Positions 26,979 through 36,971 of a DNA stretch of 64,000 nucleotides are shown here, one piece after another. The stretch lies in the IMG/VR virus record IMGVR_UViG_3300000553_000006, positions 1 to 64,000 of that record, one strand, 5' to 3'. The position numbers and the translations under genes were made by a program. The stretch's first letter is position 1. Each line of letters starts with the position of its first letter. The notes below the pieces were generated by a model. That model worked only from the letters and a program-made list of their open reading frames with translations. It had not been told where the DNA came from and did not search any database. The DNA is from a virus (lineage: Duplodnaviria; Heunggongvirae; Uroviricota; Caudoviricetes).

Positions 26979-27410
26979 TCAGACATATTTATCATATGGA
27001 CCATCTACAATTACGACAGCGCCAGGAATTCTTACTTGTTTTGGTAATTCAGTTCCTACTGGGAGAACAACTCGATACTCGTTACCATTGTACATGATGT
27101 AAACAATGGTGTCTTTATCCATCTTCTTAAGGGGTAGCCGGACTGTAGCTCTAGAGCTCTCAATGATACGAAAGAACTTCTCGGAATCTTTTGCTGGTTG
27201 ATAGTGTTCTTTTGGTCTCGGTTGCTGAATGTGATTCTTTGTCAGAAACTCTAATGCTTCTGTGATCAATCTAAACTGTTCAGATGCATTTGGACTCTTG
27301 TTGAGATCAGGATGTGTCTTTAGAGCGAGTTGTCTATACGCTCGCTTAATCTCTTCAATAGTCTGATATGGGCCGCAGTTAAGTAGGCGATAGCTGGTTG
27401 ACAAGTCCAT
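26979..27410 (-). CDS. J-domain (DnaJ-like) protein
   Basis: YRLLNCGPYQTIEEIKRAYRQLALKTHPDLN with HPD tripeptide. Confidence 0.7.
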   Translation of the reverse strand: MDLSTSYRLLNCGPYQTIEEIKRAYRQLALKTHPDLNKSPNASEQFRLITEALEFLTKNHIQQPRPKEHYQPAKDSEKFFRIIESSRATVRLPLKKMDKDTIVYIMYNGNEYRVVLPVGTELPKQVRIPGAVVIVDGPYDKYV

Positions 27411-27535
27411 TTTTGATTACAAATTCCTTCGCGATTAGAATCCATCGACGGTAACTTTCACCATTCATAGCATAAAAGTTACTTGTAGGATAGATTGTAT
27501 GAAATAGACTTGCAGCCAGCTTTTCGTAGTTCATA

Positions 27536-27880
27536 TTACCTCCGCATAGATGAAATAGCCTCGGCGTCCTCTTTGCGGAACACAGGGACCATGTTACTCT
27601 TGTGCATCGTAGCGATGCCGATTAGATTCGTTCCAGTATATACTTGTTCTGGCTTCTTGAAACCATTTCCGACAGTGTCTGATGTCTTTGGCTTATAGGT
27701 TGGCACAACAGCAACCTTCTCGCGCTTAACAGTAACAGCACGTTTGGCTGCGATCTGTTCAGGATGTACCCCCTTAGATCGCAGCCATTTGTCGTGTTCT
27801 TCTTTTGCTCTTTGTTGCTTCTTATTTAGTTTTGGCTTACACTTACCGTGTGTGTTAAACATGGCTCGCTCGAGATGCAT
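27536..27880 (-). CDS. basic hypothetical protein
   Basis: 114 aa, K/R-rich. Confidence 0.4.
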   Translation of the reverse strand: MHLERAMFNTHGKCKPKLNKKQQRAKEEHDKWLRSKGVHPEQIAAKRAVTVKREKVAVVPTYKPKTSDTVGNGFKKPEQVYTGTNLIGIATMHKSNMVPVFRKEDAEAISSMRR

Positions 27881-28191
27881 TATACTACCTTCAGAAAAGT
27901 GTTTTCTAAGTGTTCTTTAATCTTCTCTTTAACTTTTAGTTTGATATTGTATTTTACCCACAGAGCAATTGCTTTTCTATCTTCTGGCATTGCTTCATCA
28001 AACAAGAATGCGTTTTTGATTGTTAGAGTGTCATTCTTACCATATTGGTAGTGTAGATCTCCCCAACATACTTTCCCAAAAACTTCATCGTGAATCTTAA
28101 AGCGTGCGTACACATTGACTGAAAATTTGTTCTTTCTAGCACTGTGAACATTTAGAGATACAATCTCCAAATCAGTCAATGTGTACGTCAT
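27880..28191 (-). CDS. hypothetical protein
   Basis: 103-aa ORF. Confidence 0.4.
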   Translation of the reverse strand: MTYTLTDLEIVSLNVHSARKNKFSVNVYARFKIHDEVFGKVCWGDLHYQYGKNDTLTIKNAFLFDEAMPEDRKAIALWVKYNIKLKVKEKIKEHLENTFLKVV

Positions 28192-28757
28192 TACCGATTA
28201 CCTCTACGCTCTTGAAAACCAATCTTACCACCTTCTGCTTCGATACGCTTCAGCATATCTTCAAACAGAATAGGAGCAAAGTCGGTGTGCTCAACACAAA
28301 CGCAATGATATTCAGGATCAACCTTACCCCACTTGTCCCTTACACGATTAGCGTGCAGGTGTCCATGGACGTTAGTCCCGAATCGTTCCAGCTGACTGTG
28401 GTGAACAGGAACGTGACTCAAAATCAGTCCATTCATTACATGATAAGCACGAATGTCCCGGAAACCTGCGTCGATGTAATCTTGCAGACGGAAAATATCG
28501 TGATTACCCTTGATCAGAACCTTATCGCCGTTAAGACGATTGACAGTCTTCAGAGCCTTTCGATTGATTACAACGTCGCCCAAGAAATAACATTTGTCGT
28601 TAGGTCCAACAACAGCGTTGTATCGCTTAACTAACTCTTCATCCATTTCATCTGGGTGATTCCAAGGACGCAAAGGTGTAACACCATCTGGTCCGAGAAA
28701 TTTACATACTCCCCAGTGCCCGAAATGTGGATCGCTATAAAGAAATGTTTTTACCAT
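28191..28757 (-). CDS. calcineurin-like metallophosphoesterase
   Basis: GDVV...GNHD motifs; possible phosphatase partner of the kinase at 29406..29999. Confidence 0.6.
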   Translation of the reverse strand: MVKTFLYSDPHFGHWGVCKFLGPDGVTPLRPWNHPDEMDEELVKRYNAVVGPNDKCYFLGDVVINRKALKTVNRLNGDKVLIKGNHDIFRLQDYIDAGFRDIRAYHVMNGLILSHVPVHHSQLERFGTNVHGHLHANRVRDKWGKVDPEYHCVCVEHTDFAPILFEDMLKRIEAEGGKIGFQERRGNR

Positions 28758-28815
28758 AAGATCACCTAGAAGATAAATAGGAAGCGTAGAAAGATTATAA
28801 CTGGAGATATCAATA

Positions 28816-29448
28816 ATGTCAAGCCCAAATGCATATGTGTATAAAATAACGAATACGGTAACTAATGAATTTTATATCGGATACAGATACAAAAACCAAA
28901 GACAAAACGTTCTTCCAGAAAATGATTTGTTTGTTACATATTTCTCTTCATCAAAACGAGTTCTATCTGACATAGAGAAATATGGGAAGTCAAATTTTAT
29001 TTATGAGATAATTTTCCAAGACCAAAATTCTCTATTGTGTTGGGAAAAAGAACAGGAAACAATCAAAGAACTCTGGGGAAATTCTCTTTTACTTAACTCG
29101 AAATATAATGATGTCTCTAGTAAAACAGAACATTACCGAAGAGTTGGTATTGTATCAGAAGAAGCAAGAAAGAAAATGAGTGTTGCAGGAAGAGGGAAAA
29201 CAAAGTCTCTCGAGCATAGAAGAAAAATTGCCGAATCTAATAGAGGTAGAGTAAAATCTCTAGAAGAGAGACAAAAGATATCTAACTCAAGAATTGGGAA
29301 ACCAACAAATAAAGGTAAGTCTCCTCCAAAATTTTCCTGTCCTCACTGCAACAAAGTAGCATCTTGGGCAAATTTACAAAAGTGGCATAATGACAAATGT
29401 AAATTTTATGTCGTTACCTCTTCAATTTCCGAGAAACCTTCCTCGTAA
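28816..29448 (+). CDS. GIY-YIG homing endonuclease with NUMOD3 repeats
   Basis: YVYKITNTVTNEFYIGYRYKN; SLEHRRKIAESNRGRVKSLEERQKIS repeats. Confidence 0.75.
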   Translation: MSSPNAYVYKITNTVTNEFYIGYRYKNQRQNVLPENDLFVTYFSSSKRVLSDIEKYGKSNFIYEIIFQDQNSLLCWEKEQETIKELWGNSLLLNSKYNDVSSKTEHYRRVGIVSEEARKKMSVAGRGKTKSLEHRRKIAESNRGRVKSLEERQKISNSRIGKPTNKGKSPPKFSCPHCNKVASWANLQKWHNDKCKFYVVTSSISEKPSS

Positions 29449-29999
29449 GTGGGATACTCGAAGTTCTTCAACATCGAGTTGATCACATCTTGCGGAATAG
29501 ATTTTCCATCACGAGAATTAAGACGACGCTTCCATTCGTTCTCTTCAGGAGTATTGAAGACAACAGCGTAGAACTTATATCCCTTGTTCTTCAGTCGATC
29601 GATGATGCGCTTACGTGACTTCACCGACATGTTGGTGCGATCGATGTAGATATCGATGTTGTTCTTAGCATCAGCATCAATGTCGCGCCAAAAGATTCGT
29701 TCAGCGAACTGAATCAATTCCTTGAATGAAGCATCGTAAGTCGTACCACAAAGATCACAGATAGTCTGAATGATATTGTCGGTAGAATGAGTCCAGATTT
29801 GAACCTCATTCTTTTTGACCCAAGTCGACTTACCGACGCCAGGAGCACCGATCAGTATGAAACAGTTAGCCATTTCAAATTCCTTTATTACGCGATTATA
29901 ATACCGCACAACCGATTTAATGTCAATCAAAATATAAATAATGATGGCCACGATGCTACCAACATCTGCCATCTCTAATGCTAACAGGAGCACCAGCAC
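29406..29999 (-). CDS. P-loop polynucleotide kinase-like protein
   Basis: [13 protein letters not shown] Walker A; size and context match a Pnk kinase domain. Confidence 0.55.
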   Translation of the reverse strand: MLVLLLALEMADVGSIVAIIIYILIDIKSVVRYYNRVIKEFEMANCFILIGAPGVGKSTWVKKNEVQIWTHSTDNIIQTICDLCGTTYDASFKELIQFAERIFWRDIDADAKNNIDIYIDRTNMSVKSRKRIIDRLKNKGYKFYAVVFNTPEENEWKRRLNSRDGKSIPQDVINSMLKNFEYPTYEEGFSEIEEVTT

Positions 30000-30596
30000 A
30001 TGACTATTTATTACGTCTATGCATATTTGAGAAACTCAGACAACTCACCATATTACATCGGTAAAGGTACAGGAAATCGTGCATATAAAAGACACGGAAG
30101 AATCAGTGTACCTAATGATAAAACAAAAATTAAAATTCTAGAAACTAATCTAACAGAGATTGGCGCTCTAGCATTAGAGAGACGATACATCCGTTGGTAT
30201 GGTCGTAAAGATTTAGAAACAGGAATATTACTTAATTTGACAGACGGAGGTGAAGGATTACAAGGACTCAAAAGAACTCCAACTCACAAAGCAAATATCT
30301 CGAAGTCTTTGACAGGTAAACCTAAAAAGAAACACACTCAAGAATGGAAGGGTCATATGTCTTCAGTAATGAAGGGAAAAATTCCTTGGAATAAAGGGAT
30401 ACCGCTGTCAAAAGAACACTTAGAGTTAAGAACAAAAGCAGTCAAAGGTATGAGATGGTGGACGAACGGTGAAACAGAAAAGAAATCCTTTGTTCAACCC
30501 GACTCTTCATTCCACATTGGAAGATTAGAAAAGTTTCGCCCACCATCTCAATTAAAGCGTATTCCTTCAAACCAGGTAGAAGCCAGAACTTCATAG
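30000..30596 (+). CDS. GIY-YIG homing endonuclease
   Basis: [29 protein letters not shown]; paralog of 20367 and 49150. Confidence 0.8.
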   Translation: MTIYYVYAYLRNSDNSPYYIGKGTGNRAYKRHGRISVPNDKTKIKILETNLTEIGALALERRYIRWYGRKDLETGILLNLTDGGEGLQGLKRTPTHKANISKSLTGKPKKKHTQEWKGHMSSVMKGKIPWNKGIPLSKEHLELRTKAVKGMRWWTNGETEKKSFVQPDSSFHIGRLEKFRPPSQLKRIPSNQVEARTS

Positions 30597-31750
30597 TTCT
30601 TGTTGTTCGAAAGCTTCTTCTTTACATTGTTGATCACAGTCAGATAAGCATTCGTTACCGAGTTGTCATCCCAGAGACTGAAGACAGTAGCACGATCGAG
30701 ATCGCACAACTTAGGGGCAACATTCAGAGCGAAGTTCTTACGGTCCATGCTCTTGCTGTTGTGCTCAGTCTTCATGAACAAACGATCGGCGATCTCCGAA
30801 ATACGGTTTTGAATCTTGATCTTAAAGGCTTGCAGACGCTCACGATCTTCCTTGGGAAGATGAGCCTCAACGTCGTCCAGCTTATTCTCGAGAATCATCT
30901 CAACAATATTCCGGTCTTGAAGAATAGCTTCCTTCGCCTTGTGAATCATCACGTATTCGTCAGTCTTCACCTTGATCTTATGACCACGATCGTCGATCAC
31001 ATATCCTTCGATGCTCTTCTCCTGAGCAACAAAACGAGCAAACTCCTTCAAATCCTTAGTCGGATGAATAACACCAACAACAGGAATGTTGTACCGAGCA
31101 GCCTCAACAGTCAGTTCTTCGTAGTCGATGTATTCACCAGTGTACATACCACGAATGGCAGTCAACACCAGTTCATCTTCTTCGTAGTCAAGAACGATAC
31201 GTTGCTTACGCGAACACCACTCGAAAATCGGAGTAAACCCAATGTCGATCCACTTCTTAGCAAGATCTTCATACGGAGATCCTTGAACGTGCATTTCCAC
31301 AGGAGCAGCAACGTCAGTAATCCCCATCTTGGTTCCCCAGCGGATGATTCCGTAATTGTAGAACGGAGCTATCATCGATCCATCGAGCTTATCCATGATG
31401 TAATGGTTGTCCGACAGATTGACGTTACCAACTTGAGTTTCATCGCGCTCATTCAGATTGAAGAACTTGTGGAACGGACGACGGATGATCTTCCCGGTGT
31501 TCGAGTCGAACATGATTCCGCGACACTCGCGACGCATCTTGTTGTGAAGCATACGCAGCTCGCGCATCTTGGCCGAACCGCCAGCAACCTTGATCGCCGG
31601 AAAGGTATCGGGCATCATCACGTTGTAGTTGAGCACAGTGAAGCCATCGCGCTCAGCCACCACGAATTCCGGAGAACCCTCGATGGCAGGAAGCACGTCG
31701 TCAATGTGGGTGATCAGCGGAAAATCGTAGTGCATTTCGTTCATCCTCAA
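30548..31750 (-). CDS. rnlA: RNA ligase 1 (RnlA-like)
   Basis: [24 protein letters not shown]...MDKLDGSMI aligns with T4 Rnl1 motif I; 400 aa. Confidence 0.75.
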   Translation of the reverse strand: MRMNEMHYDFPLITHIDDVLPAIEGSPEFVVAERDGFTVLNYNVMMPDTFPAIKVAGGSAKMRELRMLHNKMRRECRGIMFDSNTGKIIRRPFHKFFNLNERDETQVGNVNLSDNHYIMDKLDGSMIAPFYNYGIIRWGTKMGITDVAAPVEMHVQGSPYEDLAKKWIDIGFTPIFEWCSRKQRIVLDYEEDELVLTAIRGMYTGEYIDYEELTVEAARYNIPVVGVIHPTKDLKEFARFVAQEKSIEGYVIDDRGHKIKVKTDEYVMIHKAKEAILQDRNIVEMILENKLDDVEAHLPKEDRERLQAFKIKIQNRISEIADRLFMKTEHNSKSMDRKNFALNVAPKLCDLDRATVFSLWDDNSVTNAYLTVINNVKKKLSNNKNYEVLASTWFEGIRFN

Positions 31751-31791
31751 TTATAAGCAATCATACCCTGAGATTGCTTTAATGTCAATCC

Positions 31792-32076
31792 CTAATGCCA
31801 CTCCGGATTATAATCGTCATCGAAATCGACGATGCCTAATGGTTCATCGTCAGGATCGGAATATCGTTCTTCCATCTTTTCGAAATATCCATCAGAGACA
31901 CCTGTCTTAATTCTCTCAAGCTGTTGTTGACCTTGAGGCGTAGCCATGTGTTTCTTTTGATCAATGCGTCGACGTTCCTTTAACTCAGGAGTGTATGTCC
32001 TTGAGTTAGCACATTTCCTGCTACAGAATTTGCCAGGTCTATCGTGCTCTGTTTCGCATTTTGGACAGATTTTCAT
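31792..32076 (-). CDS. zinc-finger protein
   Basis: CPKCETEH...CSRKC. Confidence 0.4.
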   Translation of the reverse strand: MKICPKCETEHDRPGKFCSRKCANSRTYTPELKERRRIDQKKHMATPQGQQQLERIKTGVSDGYFEKMEERYSDPDDEPLGIVDFDDDYNPEWH

Positions 32077-32897
32077 TTTATGATTCTGAATGCAAAGCTC
32101 TCGTTGTTTCTACGACCGACAAACTCGAAAGAATATCCTGTCTTTTCAAGAAACTCGATGAATGCTTTACCCTCATGTCTAAAGTTCTCGCCAGACAATC
32201 CACCATGAATATCGTAAATCTCATCAAATACCATGATAGCGCCAGGATGAATCAGATCACGTTCAATAAATTTATTGAGAATGAAAGATGTAGATGAATA
32301 GAGATCAGCATCCAAATGAACAAATGAAACAGGATAGGTTGAATACTTATTGATGAACTCATCAAGAGTGTCTTCAAACAATCCAACAATCAGTTCTACG
32401 TTCTGCGGAACAACAGGCAGCTGGTCTTGAGCAAACTTTCCCTTATCATTACCAGCTTTCCAGTCTTCAGGAAGTCCAGTAAAGCAATCAAAGCCGAACA
32501 CCTTACGTTGAGGAACAGCGTTAGCAATGATATTGATAGATGTACCTTCACCAACTCCAAACTCAAACATCAAACCACCCTGTGGAGCAATCTTTGCTGC
32601 ATATGCTAGACTATCTGGGTGTGGTGGCGGAAAGCCGGTTAGAAGATCAATAAGCTTTTGTTCTTGCGGACTAATTTGTTGCTCTTTCTTCTCTTCAGCG
32701 TAAAGAGCGTTTCCATATTCATGTCCAATCACGTAAACCAACTCTCCTGTTGGGATCTTTCTTAGACCTTCAGGAGTATTCATAAAGGCTGAGCAAAGTT
32801 TACCACCAACTGACGAGAAGATAATGTTCTCATGCGCCCAAGCAGGGATGTCTTCATACGTAAGTTTATCTGGATCCCAAACAAATTCAAACTTCAT
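32073..32897 (-). CDS. TylF/macrocin-O-methyltransferase-family SAM-dependent methyltransferase
   Basis: FEFGVGEGTS...VFGFDCFTGLPE and IMVFDEIYD blocks typical of class I sugar O-methyltransferases. Confidence 0.55.
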   Translation of the reverse strand: MKFEFVWDPDKLTYEDIPAWAHENIIFSSVGGKLCSAFMNTPEGLRKIPTGELVYVIGHEYGNALYAEEKKEQQISPQEQKLIDLLTGFPPPHPDSLAYAAKIAPQGGLMFEFGVGEGTSINIIANAVPQRKVFGFDCFTGLPEDWKAGNDKGKFAQDQLPVVPQNVELIVGLFEDTLDEFINKYSTYPVSFVHLDADLYSSTSFILNKFIERDLIHPGAIMVFDEIYDIHGGLSGENFRHEGKAFIEFLEKTGYSFEFVGRRNNESFAFRIIK

Positions 32898-32899
32898 AC

Positions 32900-33583
32900 T
32901 TACCTCTTGTTATAATATTCGCGAATAACATCCATTGCGCCATCTATATAATCATCTCGTTTCTTTATAAAAACTTGACCTGGCGCGGGTGAGTCTGAAG
33001 CCATTACGATTACTATCTGTGGACAACATATTCCAGTCCGTTCTTCCATCATGACGGAGTATATAGCTGTCTGATAAAAGTAGGATAGAATCCAATCAGC
33101 TCTCTTAGGTTTGTTTGCTGACTTGAAATCTAGAATAGAGTTTCTTCCAGACCAACGAACAACAGCGTCAACACGACCTCCAACCTTAAGATAATCAGAG
33201 GTCAGAGGTGTCTCTACACCATAAACAATCTCGATGTTCTCGTCTAGAATGTGTTTAATCTTACCGAAAAGATCCAGCGTTGTTGGCATTACACCACGAC
33301 GATACTCTTTATTCAGTAGATAGTTCTCGCAAACAGTGTGAAGAGCTGTACCTCTGTCGGCTGCTGCTTTGCTGATTCTCTTGGCTTCTTCCTCACCAAC
33401 TCTAGCTTTCCATTCATCAAGTCCAGTCTTATCCATCACACCCATAACTGTAGTAACAGATGGATACCTCGCCCCGTCCGGCGAGGTATAAAATCTTCCA
33501 TATGATAAAGTTTCAACCAATGGATCAGGCAAATCTACTAATTGATGTTCAAACATGTATTCTTCCAATATTCCAAGAACCAT
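32900..33583 (-). CDS. PD-(D/E)XK nuclease-family protein
   Basis: GRVDAVVRWSGRNSILDFKSANK (D-x13-D-F-K). Confidence 0.45.
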   Translation of the reverse strand: MVLGILEEYMFEHQLVDLPDPLVETLSYGRFYTSPDGARYPSVTTVMGVMDKTGLDEWKARVGEEEAKRISKAAADRGTALHTVCENYLLNKEYRRGVMPTTLDLFGKIKHILDENIEIVYGVETPLTSDYLKVGGRVDAVVRWSGRNSILDFKSANKPKRADWILSYFYQTAIYSVMMEERTGICCPQIVIVMASDSPAPGQVFIKKRDDYIDGAMDVIREYYNKR

Positions 33584-34238
33584 CAGCAGATTCTGTAAAT
33601 CTTAGATAGTTTCTTTTTCCATCATTATACCATTTTCTTCCAGTGAGATAAGAATAATCGATATTCTTTCTAGCATCAGAAAGTTTTTTGCAAGTTTCTA
33701 GAGAAGGTTTCTTACCTTTATGAGATAAACTATTTTTCTTTCTTTGATCCTCAGTTAGTTTTCTTCCTGTGTTTGCAACACTTATTTTTCTTTTATGTTC
33801 ATCAGAAAAAATTTTACCTTTATTTGCAGCATTACCTATGCTTGCTTTTGCTATTTTGTCTTTTGTTTCTTGAGATTGTTTAAATCCTGGAATTCTATAG
33901 AAATCTTTGGCTCCATTTGATTTATTGAGCCAAAGATTTGATTTAGCTGCATTAAGTTTTCTTAATACAGCGTTTTCCCAAAATAAACATTTTTCCTTTG
34001 ATGTAAATGTCTTTCTGATTTCTATCACATCAGGCTCACCATATTGGTGTCTAAATGCAGCAACAACCTTTGAAGAAGTGAAATACGTTACCCAAAGATC
34101 GCTTGGGTTCGCTGTTTTGTTAAATTGGGCGCCATAATACCACTTATTGTGATTGCGCCAACCTATAAGGTATGTGTATGGGACATAAATAGTCATAGCT
34201 GGTTCTCCTCGTAGAACTAGAGCCTGGGGGAAGTGCAA
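33549..34238 (-). CDS. GIY-YIG homing endonuclease (seg-like) with NUMOD3 repeats
   Basis: YVPYTYLIGWRNHNKWYYGAQ; SQETKDKIAKASIGN repeats. Confidence 0.65.
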   Translation of the reverse strand: MHFPQALVLRGEPAMTIYVPYTYLIGWRNHNKWYYGAQFNKTANPSDLWVTYFTSSKVVAAFRHQYGEPDVIEIRKTFTSKEKCLFWENAVLRKLNAAKSNLWLNKSNGAKDFYRIPGFKQSQETKDKIAKASIGNAANKGKIFSDEHKRKISVANTGRKLTEDQRKKNSLSHKGKKPSLETCKKLSDARKNIDYSYLTGRKWYNDGKRNYLRFTESADGSWNIGRIHV

Positions 34239-34263
34239 GTTCCGCGCCAGGCGTTTTTACTAT

Positions 34264-35010
34264 TTATATGTAACCTAATTGGTCAGCTGCGATAATAAAT
34301 TTACGAACGATATCACTACGAACAATATCAGAGTATCCGAACTCAACATCACCAAAGTCACCCATACGTTGAATAACTTTACGGAAGCGTTGAATGTCTT
34401 CACGACGTTCTGATTGATAATGGTTCTTTAGATCGCTTTGTTTGTAGTCACCGCAGAAGATAATCTTAGAATTCTTACCAAGACGAGTCATGATAGCGAA
34501 CAACTCGTTCCATTCTAGGTTTTGACACTCGTCTACGATAACACAGCAGTTCTCTAGTGTGATACCACGAATGTATGAAGTAGGCATGAACTCAACGAGA
34601 CCTTTGTTCTTAAGGTAGTCGTAGGCGTCGCCTCTATTATACAACTCTTGAAAAATTCCATAGTATGGAGCTTCAAGAACCTTAGTCTTTTCTTTTAGAT
34701 TACCTGGGAGGAATCCGACACTCTTCGATGGTTCTGATGAACGGACGATGATAATTTTGTCGAATGTACGATTCTCAAACAGATTTTTACACGCGAGATA
34801 TATTGACAAGAAAGATTTACCGGAACCAGGACATCCATGTAGAAATAGATGTTTTCCTTGTTCATATTCATCAAAGGTAAGACGTTGATTTTCCGTTAGT
34901 GGAGTAATCGAACGCAACACAAAATTGAGACTTGTATTTGGACCTTCTCCGTTACCGCTTCTTTGTTGTTTACGACGTTCTTTTCTTGTTAATCTTTCTT
35001 GAGCCAGCAT
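34264..35010 (-). CDS. phoH: PhoH-like ATPase
   Basis: LHGCPGSGKSF Walker A; 248 aa. Confidence 0.75.
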   Translation of the reverse strand: MLAQERLTRKERRKQQRSGNGEGPNTSLNFVLRSITPLTENQRLTFDEYEQGKHLFLHGCPGSGKSFLSIYLACKNLFENRTFDKIIIVRSSEPSKSVGFLPGNLKEKTKVLEAPYYGIFQELYNRGDAYDYLKNKGLVEFMPTSYIRGITLENCCVIVDECQNLEWNELFAIMTRLGKNSKIIFCGDYKQSDLKNHYQSERREDIQRFRKVIQRMGDFGDVEFGYSDIVRSDIVRKFIIAADQLGYI

Positions 35011-35065
35011 TTTCTTCCTTACTTGTTAAAATGGAACAATGCATGACGAATTCTATACCACTGCG

Positions 35066-35311
35066 TTAAAAGGTGTTGATCTTCGTTTCTATCCTTCCTC
35101 CTGCTGAATGTTGATTGTGAATCTCTTTAAGAACGTCACGGAACCCGGCGTCTGGCTTACCCATCCCTCTTCCTGAGTGAATGAGTGGAGCTCCGTTAGG
35201 AAACGTTTCAATATGAGGATTGTTTTTGAGAAACTCTTCTCTTCCAGAAATGGTCATGTATTCGACCCATTCCTCTTGAGTATTCTTGTTTCTAAATGCG
35301 TATGATGGCAT
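35066..35311 (-). CDS. hypothetical protein
   Basis: 81-aa ORF. Confidence 0.4.
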   Translation of the reverse strand: MPSYAFRNKNTQEEWVEYMTISGREEFLKNNPHIETFPNGAPLIHSGRGMGKPDAGFRDVLKEIHNQHSAGGRIETKINTF

Positions 35312-35335
35312 AGTTTCTCCTTGACTATATTTATC

Positions 35336-35626
35336 TTACCAAATACCTGTTTTGTTGAGTTCGATCAACTTATTGTCGATCAGACCCTTGATACATTCAT
35401 CACAAATATTGGTCTCATATTGAGAAGTTCTGTCATGCTTGTCAAAAATCCTCTTAATATGCAATGGCATACCAGTCGTCCAGGTCCAATATTGCATGTC
35501 AATGACGGTTGACCCATAATGACCAACAATACCATCTTTCAAGACACTGGCTGAACAGTCGCAGCCTTGATTGGTAGACTCGAAGATTGCTTCGTGTTCA
35601 CTACCACAAATGTCACAAATAACCAT
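35336..35626 (-). CDS. Cys-rich hypothetical protein
   Basis: CDIC...CDC...CDEC. Confidence 0.4.
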   Translation of the reverse strand: MVICDICGSEHEAIFESTNQGCDCSASVLKDGIVGHYGSTVIDMQYWTWTTGMPLHIKRIFDKHDRTSQYETNICDECIKGLIDNKLIELNKTGIW

Positions 35627-35892
35627 TAGAACCTGCTATGTTTGGTTGGATAGAAATAGCCATACCATTCTCGACGAATAGCCCAGCGACGATACCTCCA
35701 AGAACGATACACCTTACGGAATTTACGCTTGCGAGACCAGTAGAGACCATCTAGTTTCTTATAATTACCAAGAGAAAAATATCCTGAAGTCCAGTAATGT
35801 TTCGGGAACTTCAGTTTATAGTCGTGAAAACTCAGAAAGCCGTTAGACTTACTGCCGGCAGAAGTAAAATAGTAACGAGAAGTCTCTTTCAT
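35626..35892 (-). CDS. extremely basic aromatic-rich small protein
   Basis: 88 aa, WSRKRKFRKVYRSWRYRRWAIRREWYGYFY. Confidence 0.4.
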   Translation of the reverse strand: MKETSRYYFTSAGSKSNGFLSFHDYKLKFPKHYWTSGYFSLGNYKKLDGLYWSRKRKFRKVYRSWRYRRWAIRREWYGYFYPTKHSRF

Positions 35893-36257
35893 CAGTCCGC
35901 TTGTCTCGTCAAAAATGTCTTTCGAATACGAACAGGATTGAAGAAGTGTTCAACAACATTAACAGCAACGTCGATGTCATATTCTTTACAAGAGAAGATA
36001 TCAATATACCCTTCCTGAGTCCAATCGTTAAAATGGGCAATGATATTGCTTGTTTCAATTAATTGGATTACTGTCCACCCCTCTAAATGTCTTTCATTAT
36101 GTCCAAAATGGATAACTTGTGGCTCGCCAAAAGGAACCATTTCAATTTCTTCTACAAGAGCTTTTACCCATTCTTTCAATACATCTGGATTTGTAATCGC
36201 TTCTTTATCGCAACCACTACAATCCAAAATTAGGTGGTAACCCCAGTATGACATCAA
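35892..36257 (-). CDS. S-adenosylmethionine decarboxylase, SpeH-like pyruvoyl proenzyme
   Basis: GYHLILDCSGC...LIETSNIIAHFNDW...DIFSCK matches the class 1b AdoMetDC pattern, including an internal serine at the expected self-cleavage position. Confidence 0.6.
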   Translation of the reverse strand: MMSYWGYHLILDCSGCDKEAITNPDVLKEWVKALVEEIEMVPFGEPQVIHFGHNERHLEGWTVIQLIETSNIIAHFNDWTQEGYIDIFSCKEYDIDVAVNVVEHFFNPVRIRKTFLTRQAD

Positions 36258-36413
36258 TATTCCTCATCGTCTTCAAGTTCCATTAAAGCATCAATATCAC
36301 GAAGCTTCAGGGCGCGATTAATCTTCTTTTCTTTCCTATGATTACGAGTGTCGAATGACTCGTATTCCTCTTCGTCATCATAGTATGCACGAGAGTTCTT
36401 GTTCATGGAATTC

Positions 36414-36851
36414 TTACTTTTGCTCATTTTCCTTGTCCGTCAAAAGCCCTGGGAGAGTGGTTTCAATCATCTTACGAGTGATGTTCTTATAAGGGAACTT
36501 CTTGTCCTTACATGCGATGAGTAGTTCCGCATCTTCAGGTTCGATTGATTCAAGGATTTGGACGAAAATTGTTTCGCGACGTAGTTGTGGCATTTCCGGA
36601 CCACCCTTGAGGAAGATGTACATGCGACGCATCTCTTGATGCAGTCGACCATGTTGGTCAAGTTGTTCGCATGGCTTATATGGCGGTGCTCCAGGCGGTA
36701 ACTCGAACTGACAATTCTTATCAAAGGCGATTTGTAGCATCATCGGAACTGTTGCTACTTGTCTTGCTGCTTGTAGAAGAGCATTACTGCGCTCTTCAAC
36801 TGTTTTCTGTTCAGAGATTACTTTGAAAATCTCTGTCATAGATAGTGCCAT
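36414..36851 (-). CDS. hypothetical protein
   Basis: 145-aa ORF. Confidence 0.45.
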   Translation of the reverse strand: MALSMTEIFKVISEQKTVEERSNALLQAARQVATVPMMLQIAFDKNCQFELPPGAPPYKPCEQLDQHGRLHQEMRRMYIFLKGGPEMPQLRRETIFVQILESIEPEDAELLIACKDKKFPYKNITRKMIETTLPGLLTDKENEQK

Positions 36852-36971
36852 TAGAAACTCCTAACTTTGTAATACATTATACCGTCCTAAGACATTAAAG
36901 TCAACTAAATAAATGTGAGTCGCGGATGGCAGTCCCACTCACTCTAGTCCTCTCTTTCAAGGAACCAGCAC

